IMG/VR virus record: IMGVR_UViG_3300027746_000697
Coordinates: 32,001-96,000 of that record
Source of the DNA: a virus
Length of the DNA stretch: 64,000 nucleotides
Reading direction: 5' to 3' (one strand)
Shown: positions 54,734 through 64,000 of the stretch, piece by piece
Layout: each line of letters begins with the position of its first letter
Numbering within the stretch: position 1 is the first letter of the stretch
Notes under the pieces: generated by a model
What the model saw: only the letters and a program-made list of their open reading frames with translations
The model's database searches: none
Told to the model about the DNA's origin: nothing
Translations under genes and position numbers: made by a program

Positions 54734-55377
54734 GTAACTTAATTTTATTCACTTCGGGTAGCACTACTGATCCAAAGGAAATATCTCATCCTTGGGAATT
54801 TATTAACAGTTGTGCAGAGCAATCAGTAGACGAAATTAAACTAACGTCAACTGACATTGTACTAGATGTGTTTCCTGGAAATACAATAGCACATTATACT
54901 GTTACAGCATTACCTGCAAGAATAGCAGGAGCAACTCTAATTTCCGCTAATTTCAATCCTTACTCATATATCGAACTGTTTAACAAATATAGACCTACGT
55001 ATATTAGTTTAATTCCAAAACACTGGGATTTACTTTCTAAAACCAAGGGCTGGGATAATTTTGATATGAACTGTGTTAGATATATGGTAACTGGTAGCGG
55101 AACATGTTCACAAACTATGATTGATTCATTCCTAAGCAGAGGCGTACAGCTAGTTGCCAATTGGTATGGCATGACTGAAATGCCTCCGCCGGTATTCATA
55201 GGCTACAACTCCGAAACCTTTGACTTCGATACTGCAAAGAATTATAACGTTGAGTTTGATAACGGTGAATGTATTATTAACGGTTGGCGCACAGGCGATA
55301 TATTTGATGTGAATGAAAAAAAGTTTATATCACGAAAAGATACAGCAAATGGAAAAACTTGGAAATCTAACATTTAG
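54730..55377 (+). CDS. compact AMP-binding (acyl-CoA ligase-like) protein
   Basis: FTSGSTTDPK, YGMTE, GWRTGD. Confidence 0.8.
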   Translation: MSNLILFTSGSTTDPKEISHPWEFINSCAEQSVDEIKLTSTDIVLDVFPGNTIAHYTVTALPARIAGATLISANFNPYSYIELFNKYRPTYISLIPKHWDLLSKTKGWDNFDMNCVRYMVTGSGTCSQTMIDSFLSRGVQLVANWYGMTEMPPPVFIGYNSETFDFDTAKNYNVEFDNGECIINGWRTGDIFDVNEKKFISRKDTANGKTWKSNI

Positions 55378-55927
55378 ACCTTTAGTTGATTCCGATCGTT
55401 TAGCATTGGCAACTTTTTGTGTAGAGTGCGAAAAACTTGGATACGAAAACAATAAATCGTTTGAGTCAATTAAACTTGATAAAATGAAAATGCCTTACGG
55501 ACAATTCTTTGTTGGGTTGGATCAAGATAAAATTGTTACGTTTGCTGGAGTGCATCATCTGCCAGAGCTAGGTAATAATGCATGGAGATGTTTATTTCGT
55601 GGAGCACAACTTCCGGGGTATACTCCAACATGGAGTATTAACATTTTTAAAAGTTGGATACATTTATCTCACTTACTGTATTATCAAATTAAGCTAGTTC
55701 AACAATTAGATCCAACTGCTGAATTTTACATTAGCACAAATGTAGACAACAAAAAAGCGGGAGTAAGTTCCCGCTTGGATAAAACTATAATGCCTAGACT
55801 AGTTAAGCAAGGTATGTTTACCTTACATAACAAAGACATTATACTATATAATACTCTTCAAAATGTTTGGAAATTAAACACAGAAACGTATCTCAGTGAA
55901 CGCAATCTTTATATTGAAAATTCATGA
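55349..55927 (+). CDS. GNAT-like hypothetical protein
   Basis: FRPL..D, FAGVH, WRCLFRGA. Confidence 0.5.
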   Translation: MEKLGNLTFRPLVDSDRLALATFCVECEKLGYENNKSFESIKLDKMKMPYGQFFVGLDQDKIVTFAGVHHLPELGNNAWRCLFRGAQLPGYTPTWSINIFKSWIHLSHLLYYQIKLVQQLDPTAEFYISTNVDNKKAGVSSRLDKTIMPRLVKQGMFTLHNKDIILYNTLQNVWKLNTETYLSERNLYIENS

Positions 55928-56547
55928 GTTTCTAAATAACTAGTAAATTCTTCAGGAACTCTAAAAATCAAATGAACACGGTCCGTATCGCCACCATTTA
56001 TTGTTGCATGTGGAATAGATACGTTTGTTAAGTACGCGAATCCTGGCTCCATCAGGAACTTTTCATCTTCGTACTCAAAGAAACTTTGAGAATTTGACTT
56101 AACAGGAAAATGTATTTTTACATAGTCGCCAGTATCTACATGGAATCCCAATCTTGTCTCTGGAGGATGCACTACCATCAATGCCTGAGTAGCTTGTATA
56201 TTTGCAAAGTAATCAACAATTTTCTTCCCAAACCCAAATAGCAACTCAGTTGGCACATCGTAATTTCCGCTCATCTGCTCACGGGCCATTTCATCCGTCA
56301 CACCTTCTTTATACGCCGGGCATGGTTTAGTAGGATCTTTCAAATCGCTTTGTATGGCCCAATTATAAAATCCGTCCACGTGATGAATACTTTTATCAAT
56401 AGGATTAGTATCTGGCGTATAAACATCGGCAACTGCCCACTTCATGTGCTGGTACTTTTCTTCTAAAGTGTTATAATAATCGAGTAGTTCTTGGAAATCA
56501 AATTTAAGATTATCCATTCTTTTTATTTTAAAATCAAATTGATACAT
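55909..56547 (-). CDS. Asp/Asn beta-hydroxylase-like 2OG oxygenase
   Basis: FHVD, KIHFP, PHATIN...RVHL. Confidence 0.8.
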   Translation of the reverse strand: MYQFDFKIKRMDNLKFDFQELLDYYNTLEEKYQHMKWAVADVYTPDTNPIDKSIHHVDGFYNWAIQSDLKDPTKPCPAYKEGVTDEMAREQMSGNYDVPTELLFGFGKKIVDYFANIQATQALMVVHPPETRLGFHVDTGDYVKIHFPVKSNSQSFFEYEDEKFLMEPGFAYLTNVSIPHATINGGDTDRVHLIFRVPEEFTSYLETHEFSI

Positions 56548-56998
56548 GGGTAGTATTCCTTAATAAATTGTATACGTGTTGGTTATATTTATAATCATGG
56601 AATTTGCTATGATTATTAGTGTTCCTGTATTCTTCTATAAATGCCGCTATAGCCGGCGATCGTGATTGACCTTTTGCACAGTATACGTGAACCGTGCTAT
56701 TATCTTCTATATTGTCTATAAACGATTTCATAGTAGCGGCTTGTTCTTTAGTACAAGCAATAGCATTATAGGGTATAGGAACATATTCGTGTATCCATTT
56801 TCTTCTATCTTTTTCAACATCGTCAAACACCAAATTTAATACATTACCATGTGGCTGTTTAAAATATGGTATAGCATGAATCCAGCCCGTAGCATGAATA
56901 CAAATAAAATATTCGTTAGGAAACTCATCTACATTTTGATCTGTAAATGTAGTAACTTCTTCAAAACCATATCTAGAATAAACTTGAATTGTTAACAA
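56534..56998 (-). CDS. CX5R phosphatase-like protein
   Basis: FDD, VYCAKGQSRSPA, N..VY. Confidence 0.72.
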   Translation of the reverse strand: MLTIQVYSRYGFEEVTTFTDQNVDEFPNEYFICIHATGWIHAIPYFKQPHGNVLNLVFDDVEKDRRKWIHEYVPIPYNAIACTKEQAATMKSFIDNIEDNSTVHVYCAKGQSRSPAIAAFIEEYRNTNNHSKFHDYKYNQHVYNLLRNTTHVSI

Positions 56999-57569
56999 TT
57001 TCTTTCACCTTGTCTATTGGAACTTTGAAGAATAAATGTACTCGCGTAGTATTACCTTCGTTACTTGTACTATGAGGGACTGAAGTATTTACAAGATACA
57101 TTTTTCCTGCTTTCATAGCAAACTTCTCATTGTTAAAAATAAAATAACTAGAGTCATTAGCAATTAAAGGAATATGTATTTTAAAATAATTATCGCTATC
57201 AATGTGTGTTCGGATTTTTGTTCCTGGAGGATGCGCCGCAATACTAATTTGTCTAGCGTAAGGAAACACATCAAGTATCCATTCAGCAAATCCAAAAACT
57301 AATTGAGTATTACGATAAACTTCGCCGCCTTGTTTGTGTATATTATAAGGGGGACACGGTATAGATAAATCTTCTAGATTACTTTGTACTCCCCACCCGT
57401 ATACACCTTTAATATTATCTTGCAAATCAGCATCGTTTACACTAGACAAGTTTTCGTCTGCGGTCCATTTCAAGTGCGAGTACTTATACTCTACAGTATC
57501 TAAATACTCTAAAGCCCAATCCATATTAACAGGATTATTAAGTTGTTTAACTAAAAAGTCGTTGTACAT
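56973..57569 (-). CDS. Asp/Asn beta-hydroxylase-like 2OG oxygenase
   Basis: THID, KIHIP, PHSTSN...RVHL. Confidence 0.8.
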   Translation of the reverse strand: MYNDFLVKQLNNPVNMDWALEYLDTVEYKYSHLKWTADENLSSVNDADLQDNIKGVYGWGVQSNLEDLSIPCPPYNIHKQGGEVYRNTQLVFGFAEWILDVFPYARQISIAAHPPGTKIRTHIDSDNYFKIHIPLIANDSSYFIFNNEKFAMKAGKMYLVNTSVPHSTSNEGNTTRVHLFFKVPIDKVKEIVNNSSLF

Positions 57570-58197
57570 CTTCTGTCCATACCTTTCCATACAAATGAAC
57601 TCTATTGCCTGTGCCTTTATTTTCTATGCTATGAGGCAACGTTGTATTAACAATATAAACCCAACCCGGCTCCATAAACATCTCTTGTCCGTCAATAATC
57701 CAATTACTAGAATTATCAACATATATAGGAATATGTATACGTATTTTATCAGGACTATCCTGATGTGTAATTAATTTAGTTCCAGGTGTGTGATCAGTTA
57801 CTACCCATTTTTTACTGCGCAGTGGTAAGTTACTAACAATGTCGTATGCATATCCATTAAAACACTTACGTGGATTAAGCATGTCGTCATCGTTATGATC
57901 TCTATATTCAATTTTTGCTTGCCCTTGCTCAAACGGCAATGGCCCGTCTACATCGCTACCCCAACACAGCGTATAGTATCCAGCATCATCCGGAATAATA
58001 TGTCCGGTCTCTCCAGTCATATCTACAATAGGTTCCTGCCATACGTGTTGATGCTCGCCCATTATAAACTTCCAACTGCCGTAATTATTTTCAAGTTCTG
58101 TATACCAAGATCTAAGTTTATCAATATCTATTTTAAACCAAGGCTTTATTTTGAATCCAAGGTCGACAGATTCATGTTTTTCTATGTAACGTTTCAT
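57547..58197 (-). CDS. Asp/Asn beta-hydroxylase-like 2OG oxygenase
   Basis: THQD, RIHIP, PHSIEN...RVHL. Confidence 0.8.
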   Translation of the reverse strand: MKRYIEKHESVDLGFKIKPWFKIDIDKLRSWYTELENNYGSWKFIMGEHQHVWQEPIVDMTGETGHIIPDDAGYYTLCWGSDVDGPLPFEQGQAKIEYRDHNDDDMLNPRKCFNGYAYDIVSNLPLRSKKWVVTDHTPGTKLITHQDSPDKIRIHIPIYVDNSSNWIIDGQEMFMEPGWVYIVNTTLPHSIENKGTGNRVHLYGKVWTEDVQRLFS

Positions 58198-58919
58198 TCA
58201 TTAGTCATATTGATTACATCTAAAATATGCCAATCAGCTATACGTGTAATAATATGGGCTCGCCTAAATTCCGAGTCATTGCTCGTGCCGTGCCAATCAC
58301 CTGTATTAAGGATATAAATTTTACCTAATTTAAAATGATATGAAGTAGCAGTCTCTCTATTTTCCCCAAATGTAAAACAAGCATTTTCATTTGTTTCAAT
58401 TGGTATATGCAATTTTAAAACTTTACTGTCAATGTGCTGTTTAATATACATACCAGGATAGTGCAAGGTTATAATCGCCTGACGAAACGCATCTCGGCCA
58501 AGTGTTTCAACTATCTCTTTAAAATATCCGTATTCGAATTTTTCCATTATTTTAGCATCGTGGAAAAATGTATCTTTATTAACTTCAGGGAACAGCTCTA
58601 AATTTGCTTGGGTCGGCGGAGGAAGTGGCTCATCTCTATCCACAGGCCATGCTAGTGTTAGTCCTTCAATTGGACCGCAGTAATATCCACAGTAACCTTT
58701 CTCTACTAGCTCTTTACTTTTTTCCAAATCCAGTTTATGAGTGTTATCATTAAACCCAAAAAATAAATGTGGGAATTTAGACTGTACATCAGTCCACCAT
58801 TCAGTTAACTTAACTGGATCTAAATCATAGTTGAGTTCTATAAGATCCCAGTCATTTGTATTGTATAGCAAATCAAGTGTTATGTCTTTTGGATCATAAT
58901 TTTTAATAAATCTTTCCAT
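58194..58919 (-). CDS. Asp/Asn beta-hydroxylase-like 2OG oxygenase
   Basis: QHID, KLHIP, WHGTSN...RAHI. Confidence 0.8.
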   Translation of the reverse strand: MERFIKNYDPKDITLDLLYNTNDWDLIELNYDLDPVKLTEWWTDVQSKFPHLFFGFNDNTHKLDLEKSKELVEKGYCGYYCGPIEGLTLAWPVDRDEPLPPPTQANLELFPEVNKDTFFHDAKIMEKFEYGYFKEIVETLGRDAFRQAIITLHYPGMYIKQHIDSKVLKLHIPIETNENACFTFGENRETATSYHFKLGKIYILNTGDWHGTSNDSEFRRAHIITRIADWHILDVINMTNE

Positions 58920-58920
58920 C

Positions 58921-60417
58921 TTATATCCCCATGTTAACATATTTATTGGTACTTGCATACCGGGGATGTGTTAAATTTAGATTGTTTTCAACTCTGTATT
59001 TCAAATCTTGTGCAAGATAATCTTGCCCGTACAATACAAGATCTTTAGGAATTAATGTTTCAAATTTTAGATATTTCTGTTCAACAATTTCAGGCTCTAC
59101 ATTCCAATGCAACATCATGCTGGCCCATATGTTAGTAGTCCATAGTACTTTGACTCCGGACTGTTTGTTAATTTCTTCAAATAATTTTTCAGGATCGTTA
59201 ACAAGATCTATGACAAAGTAATTGTGCTTTAATATTCGATACCTATCCCATAGTTCTTTAAACTCTTCTGCACTGCCAAATTCTTTTTTGATTTCACTAA
59301 GCCAAAAATCTTTGTAGTTGCCCCGATACGTACTTGAGAAATTATATTCTAAATCATGTTCTAACAACCACTCGTCAAAGTTTAATCCATCCCAAGTTTC
59401 TAATAAATGTTTTTTAAAATTTAAACTAGATTCGCACCAATCATAATAATTTACAATAGTATTTTCGTGGAATTTATTATTGCGTAGTAATGCAATAGTT
59501 TTAAACCCTGCTGCCGCTGAGAAAATACTATCGACAGCCGCCGGTGCCCTTACTCCTTCACCACTAAGACGTTCTGTGTTATATGCGTATACGCGATTCT
59601 TTTCAATAAATTCCTGATAGGCTAGTTTACGTATCCATGCTCTCTGAGTATAATTTTCTATTTTGTCTACAGACTCTTCGTCTTGTAGATTTTTCCATAC
59701 AGTTTCTAATAAGTCTGGGTTATCGTAAGGATACAAGAATGCCTTACACTCACGCATTTCAAAATCAAAATTATCAATTTGTATGTTATTTGTCAATGCT
59801 AATGCAATCCAATTAGCACCTTCCTCAACTACTGTTGGCCTTACAGTTCCTTCGGAAGATTTAATCCACGCTGGCGTATAGTCAGAACTCATAGTTTGCT
59901 CGCTAAGACTATACTGAGGGTACTCGGGTTTTCTATCCCAAAAGTAACCTTGTTCCAGATATTCAGGACTGCCCAGGCGTTTCCAAGTTTTGATGTTAAC
60001 CACTAACAACTGGCGATGCAATCCTGGATACCTATCTTCTCTGGCCATAATATGACCCATGACAAAAAATTCAGGATTGTTTTTAAAATAATCTACAGCT
60101 TTAGTAATAAACTTATACAGTTTTGGAAACATCATGCCTTGTGCGACAATGATACAAATGTCATCACCTGCTGTGTCGCTGTCGTCTAATATTTTTTTAA
60201 CACTATCATTAAAACCTCTGTACTTGCACAAATTAATTTGTAGGCTCTGATTAAGCATCCAATAAGTCATATCGAATGTTCTTTTGCGTACAAACTCATT
60301 GGGGATATCTCGGCTGAGATCTAACATGCCTATTCCAACTTTGGGGATACTACCTGGAGAAACCGCAAAGTATCGTTCTCCAGTAGAAACAGAATTCCAA
60401 TCTCGTATTTGTGTCAT
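58921..60417 (-). CDS. hypothetical protein (498 aa)
   Basis: Long ORF coupled to flanking oxygenase genes. Confidence 0.7.
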   Translation of the reverse strand: MTQIRDWNSVSTGERYFAVSPGSIPKVGIGMLDLSRDIPNEFVRKRTFDMTYWMLNQSLQINLCKYRGFNDSVKKILDDSDTAGDDICIIVAQGMMFPKLYKFITKAVDYFKNNPEFFVMGHIMAREDRYPGLHRQLLVVNIKTWKRLGSPEYLEQGYFWDRKPEYPQYSLSEQTMSSDYTPAWIKSSEGTVRPTVVEEGANWIALALTNNIQIDNFDFEMRECKAFLYPYDNPDLLETVWKNLQDEESVDKIENYTQRAWIRKLAYQEFIEKNRVYAYNTERLSGEGVRAPAAVDSIFSAAAGFKTIALLRNNKFHENTIVNYYDWCESSLNFKKHLLETWDGLNFDEWLLEHDLEYNFSSTYRGNYKDFWLSEIKKEFGSAEEFKELWDRYRILKHNYFVIDLVNDPEKLFEEINKQSGVKVLWTTNIWASMMLHWNVEPEIVEQKYLKFETLIPKDLVLYGQDYLAQDLKYRVENNLNLTHPRYASTNKYVNMGI

Positions 60418-61130
60418 TGTCTATTAGTATAATAACTACTTCTTAATACGTAAAAGAAATCTCTTATACGTCTACCTAATTCATAATGAATAATCATATG
60501 TATTCGTGGCTTATCGCTGTTGTTGACTACTGCATGAACATTACTAATATCCATTAGGAATGCACTACCGTTATCATCAAACGGTACACGACCAAAATCT
60601 TTCATAACCATTTCACATCCGTCTGGCATGTTAAGACTAATGTTACATACGCTTAGTCTTTTTTGATCATTGGGTCTATCTTGATGCGGCAATATATATC
60701 CGCCAGGCTCTAATAACATGAATCTCACACGATTTAAATATTCAGCCGGCCAAACATCTGTCAAGAATTTTTTAGTTACAGGACATTGATCTGCCACCCA
60801 AGTCCATTCTAGTTGTTTTAGCGTGTCTTCTCTACGATCTCCGTATTGCCCTAAACTTTGTGTATCTTCATTAAGTCCGTGCAATGTAAGGCTTCCCCAA
60901 CCATTGCCATAGTCTTCTCTATGTGGGTGAAACTTATCTAGCAAGGCTTCTGCTTCGGCATGCATTTCTTTCCATGGCTGGTTATCTAATGCACTGAGTC
61001 TAAACCAAGGCCACCCAGATTCCATTATGATCCATTTTGGATCAAACATATCATGGTATTGTATGTTGTAATTGCCAGAATTTTCTTGCCAAAATTCTTC
61101 TAGTTGTTTAGTATGTGGTTTCATGATCAT
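60414..61130 (-). CDS. Asp/Asn beta-hydroxylase-like 2OG oxygenase
   Basis: WGSLTLHG, RVRFMLLEPGGYILPHQD, HAVVN...RIHM. Confidence 0.85.
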   Translation of the reverse strand: MIMKPHTKQLEEFWQENSGNYNIQYHDMFDPKWIIMESGWPWFRLSALDNQPWKEMHAEAEALLDKFHPHREDYGNGWGSLTLHGLNEDTQSLGQYGDRREDTLKQLEWTWVADQCPVTKKFLTDVWPAEYLNRVRFMLLEPGGYILPHQDRPNDQKRLSVCNISLNMPDGCEMVMKDFGRVPFDDNGSAFLMDISNVHAVVNNSDKPRIHMIIHYELGRRIRDFFYVLRSSYYTNRQ

Positions 61131-61163
61131 ATAGTTTGCTACACTACTTATGTAAATATCTCA

Positions 61164-62161
61164 TGCTCTGTAAATTATTAGAAAATCAAATATGTATAAG
61201 ATCCGACGGCCAGTTCAGACTTTGCTGTATTAGTACAGAAGAGTCAAATGTTGAATCAATTACTACACATACCATTGAAGATTGGGTTTCTAGTAAAACT
61301 GTTACAAATGCTCGCAACCAGTTTGCAAATAATGAATGGCCTGATGCTTGTGTTAAATGTCGATTGCAAGAAGCGTCTGGGCAATACAGCAAACGATTAA
61401 CAGCAATGGAGTATGGTCCAGGAATAACGCATTTGGATATTCGTTTTGGCAATAGTTGTAATTTAAGTTGCAGTATGTGCTGGCCAGCTTCTTCTTCGTC
61501 ATTGGTATACGAGCATCAAAAGTTGTTAGATAACAATATTGAATCGCCGTGGGGTACTGGTCAGTTTACCGTTTTGAATTGGTATGAAGACAAGTATGCA
61601 GAATTATTTGCAAACATACCTACATTAAAAGAAGTATACTTAACAGGTGGCGAACCTATGATGGTAAAAGGACTAATACATTTTATTCGACTACTTAATA
61701 GTGATGTCATTTTACGATTCAATACTAATGGAACTATATTAAATCCAGAATTACTTAATGAGATAAAACGATTTAAAGAAGTTAACATGAGTTTTTCTGT
61801 TGACGGAGTTGGAGTTGTAAACAATTATATTCGTTGGGGCAGTGATTGGAATACTATCTGCAACAATATAAAAACATGCCAGGATGCAGGGTTTGATGTG
61901 AGCATATCTCCAACTGTACAGATTCTGAATGAAATATATATGGTTCAATTACACAATTGGGCTATGCATCAAAGTATTCCAGTTTTTAAAAATAAACTGA
62001 TAAACCCTGCGCATTTTAATACCGACAATGCAATATGGCATGGCGGCAGTCAAGAGATGCAAGAAACATTTAAAAAATATATAAGAATTTTAGACTCTTC
62101 ACGTGGGTGTAATATAAAAGATTACTTACCGGAGATTGCACAATCATATGGAATTAATTAA
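61164..62161 (+). CDS. radical SAM protein with N-terminal SPASM/twitch-like Cys cluster
   Basis: RLCC, CVKC, GNSCNLSCSMC (CxxxCxxC), GGEP, NTNG, SVDG. Confidence 0.85.
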
Positions 62162-62606
62162 AGAAAATAAAGAAAAACATCGATCTACTTATTTTTGTGG
62201 AGACCGTTATCGTAAAGTATGGACCAATACTACCTCTAAGTGGATTAGAGATCATGTGCAATTGCTCAAAGAACATATACCCGGTTATGTGTTAGATTTT
62301 GGAGAGAATTGGATTGAATATAGTGTTATCCCAGGAACCCCTGTAAATACTATTCCACATACAGATGATTTCATATTACGAATACATGAATTTTGTTTAG
62401 AAAACATCCAACAAACAAAACCATATGTTCATGGCGATTGGGTACTAAGTAATATGCTAATACACGACAATGTTATTCGATTATGCGACTGGGATAATTT
62501 TGGCATATACTCCGAAGAAGAGATAACGCAAAAATTATACTCAGACTTGTTATCAGCATTTGGTGAAAGATATTTAAAGGTTATACATGACTCCGCAAGC
62601 GTTTAG
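62148..62606 (+). CDS. kinase/phosphotransferase-like protein
   Basis: HGDWVLSN...LCDWD. Confidence 0.65.
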   Translation: MELIKENKEKHRSTYFCGDRYRKVWTNTTSKWIRDHVQLLKEHIPGYVLDFGENWIEYSVIPGTPVNTIPHTDDFILRIHEFCLENIQQTKPYVHGDWVLSNMLIHDNVIRLCDWDNFGIYSEEEITQKLYSDLLSAFGERYLKVIHDSASV

Positions 62607-63810
62607 TTATCCAACTATTGGTCCTAACAACATGATATACGTGCCTCCTTATGGGCTTACAGAAAGCATTGATTACATGTTAAAGATAAATCCAATTACG
62701 TTTGAAGTCACAAAAATACCATTGCAAGTTAATGATAGTACAGAAAAATGGCAGTATGGGGTTGTTGTTGGGGACAAAATTATATTTCTTCCATACAACG
62801 AACAAAACATTCTAATTGTTAACTGTGTTGACGATTCGATAGAGTATGTTAATTTTTCATTAGAAGGTCGTGGAAAATATATCAAGGCACATGTACACAA
62901 CAATAAAGTAATTGCACTTCCTTACGGAGAATATGAACCATTCAATTATATTTGTTCTTTTGATGTTGATACAAAATCGTTACTGTTGAAGAACATAGTA
63001 TGTGACGTTGATGACGAAAAGAAATGGCACACTAGTCAATATTTAAATGGCAAGATATATGCTGTGCCAAGGGGTGAAAGATGGCTGGGCAATTATTTTC
63101 CTTATATGATAGAACTAGACTGTGATACATTAAGATATAAATTAACCAACTTATCTAGCCTATGGGAAGATTATGACCAAGAAGAGTACACAAATAAAAA
63201 ATATACAACACTTGCTAAAGTAGGTGATAAATTGTATGCTCCACCGTACAGTGAAAATCCTAATTTTGATATCATGTTAAAATTTGATAAACAATGGACT
63301 CATGAGCGTACCGGGTTAAAAGGAACTTCTCGAAAGTACTATACCCATAGTGTAACTAGTAATGGTAAAATTTATTGCCCGCCTGCCGGGCATGAAGAAG
63401 ACTGGAGTGATATGCTAGTTATTGATGCAACTACTGATACCTGGAAAACTATCCCGCTTAACGTAGGCAAAGAAAGTAAAAAATACTTTACAGGTTGGGA
63501 AAACAGTAAAGGCAAACTATACTATATCCCACGTGGCGGCTGCGTGTGTATGCCAACTGAATCGTGGAAAGAGCTTGGCGACTTGGCCGAGGTATTAGTT
63601 GTTGATTCCAAAGACGATTCATTTTATACTGTAGACATTAGTGAATATTTTAAAGACAACACAACTATTGAAAAGTTCAACTCATCTGTTATAGTCGATG
63701 ATAAAATATTTGCATTTCCTTACGGACAAAGCGAAACTTTTCATACGGTGTTAGTCTTCGATACAATTAGCGAAACTGTAATTAAAGAGATTAACTTAAA
63801 TGAAGTATAA
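62587..63810 (+). CDS. beta-propeller repeat protein
   Basis: Repeated (G/N)KIYxxP(Y/R)G units. Confidence 0.7.
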   Translation: MTPQAFSYPTIGPNNMIYVPPYGLTESIDYMLKINPITFEVTKIPLQVNDSTEKWQYGVVVGDKIIFLPYNEQNILIVNCVDDSIEYVNFSLEGRGKYIKAHVHNNKVIALPYGEYEPFNYICSFDVDTKSLLLKNIVCDVDDEKKWHTSQYLNGKIYAVPRGERWLGNYFPYMIELDCDTLRYKLTNLSSLWEDYDQEEYTNKKYTTLAKVGDKLYAPPYSENPNFDIMLKFDKQWTHERTGLKGTSRKYYTHSVTSNGKIYCPPAGHEEDWSDMLVIDATTDTWKTIPLNVGKESKKYFTGWENSKGKLYYIPRGGCVCMPTESWKELGDLAEVLVVDSKDDSFYTVDISEYFKDNTTIEKFNSSVIVDDKIFAFPYGQSETFHTVLVFDTISETVIKEINLNEV

Positions 63811-64000
63811 AGCGTTCGAAGACTTTTACAAAGAAGAACCAATTAAACATTTGGTCTTACACAATCACAACAACGTGTTAGTTAGTCCTCCGTTTGCTAC
63901 AGAACAATGTAAAGACTATAGTAAAGTAATGTGTAAAGACGGGGACAAGACTTGGTTTATAGAATTAGACTTGCCTCCAGCTACTAGTAAATTTAATGCC
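63800..64000 (+). CDS. hypothetical protein, truncated at window end
   Basis: MKYKAFEDFYKEEP...SPPFA open to the end; resembles upstream propeller repeats. Confidence 0.55.
   Translation, partial: MKYKAFEDFYKEEPIKHLVLHNHNNVLVSPPFATEQCKDYSKVMCKDGDKTWFIELDLPPATSKFNA

Overview
A 64-kb segment of a large (jumbo-type, T4-superfamily-like) lytic phage genome, AT-rich and gene-dense. The host is probably a freshwater proteobacterium, inferred from the IscU/IscA, DnaK and NrdAB types. 1-31 kb: putative virion proteins, a nucleotidyltransferase, an exonuclease, a tail protein, NrdA/NrdB/glutaredoxin, PAAR, and host-like genes (Hc1-like, iscU, iscA, SleB-type hydrolase, bS21, DnaK, Hsp20, ClpS, heme oxygenase plus bilin reductase, desaturase, Csp). 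31-48.6 kb: an RNA-centred island with a circularly permuted two-piece tmRNA, 34 hand-folded tRNA genes covering all 20 amino acids, many structured non-coding RNAs and a Ro60/TROVE-like (DUF2828-type) gene. End-healing-type kinase and phosphatase genes follow it. 41-64 kb also carries many 2OG-Fe(II) oxygenases, radical SAM enzymes and other modification enzymes. Two candidate undescribed systems stand out. (1) A 49-codon leader ORF encodes all 20 amino acids and overlaps an antiterminator/terminator switch directly upstream of the tRNA array; it may be a pan-tRNA starvation attenuator. (2) A seven-copy family of modular 'CAGCA' RNAs is linked to the Ro-like protein; the copies carry anticodon-loop mimics and a YrlA-like permuted tRNA. 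All calls were made by eye from motifs and base pairing. No database searches or folding programs were run.
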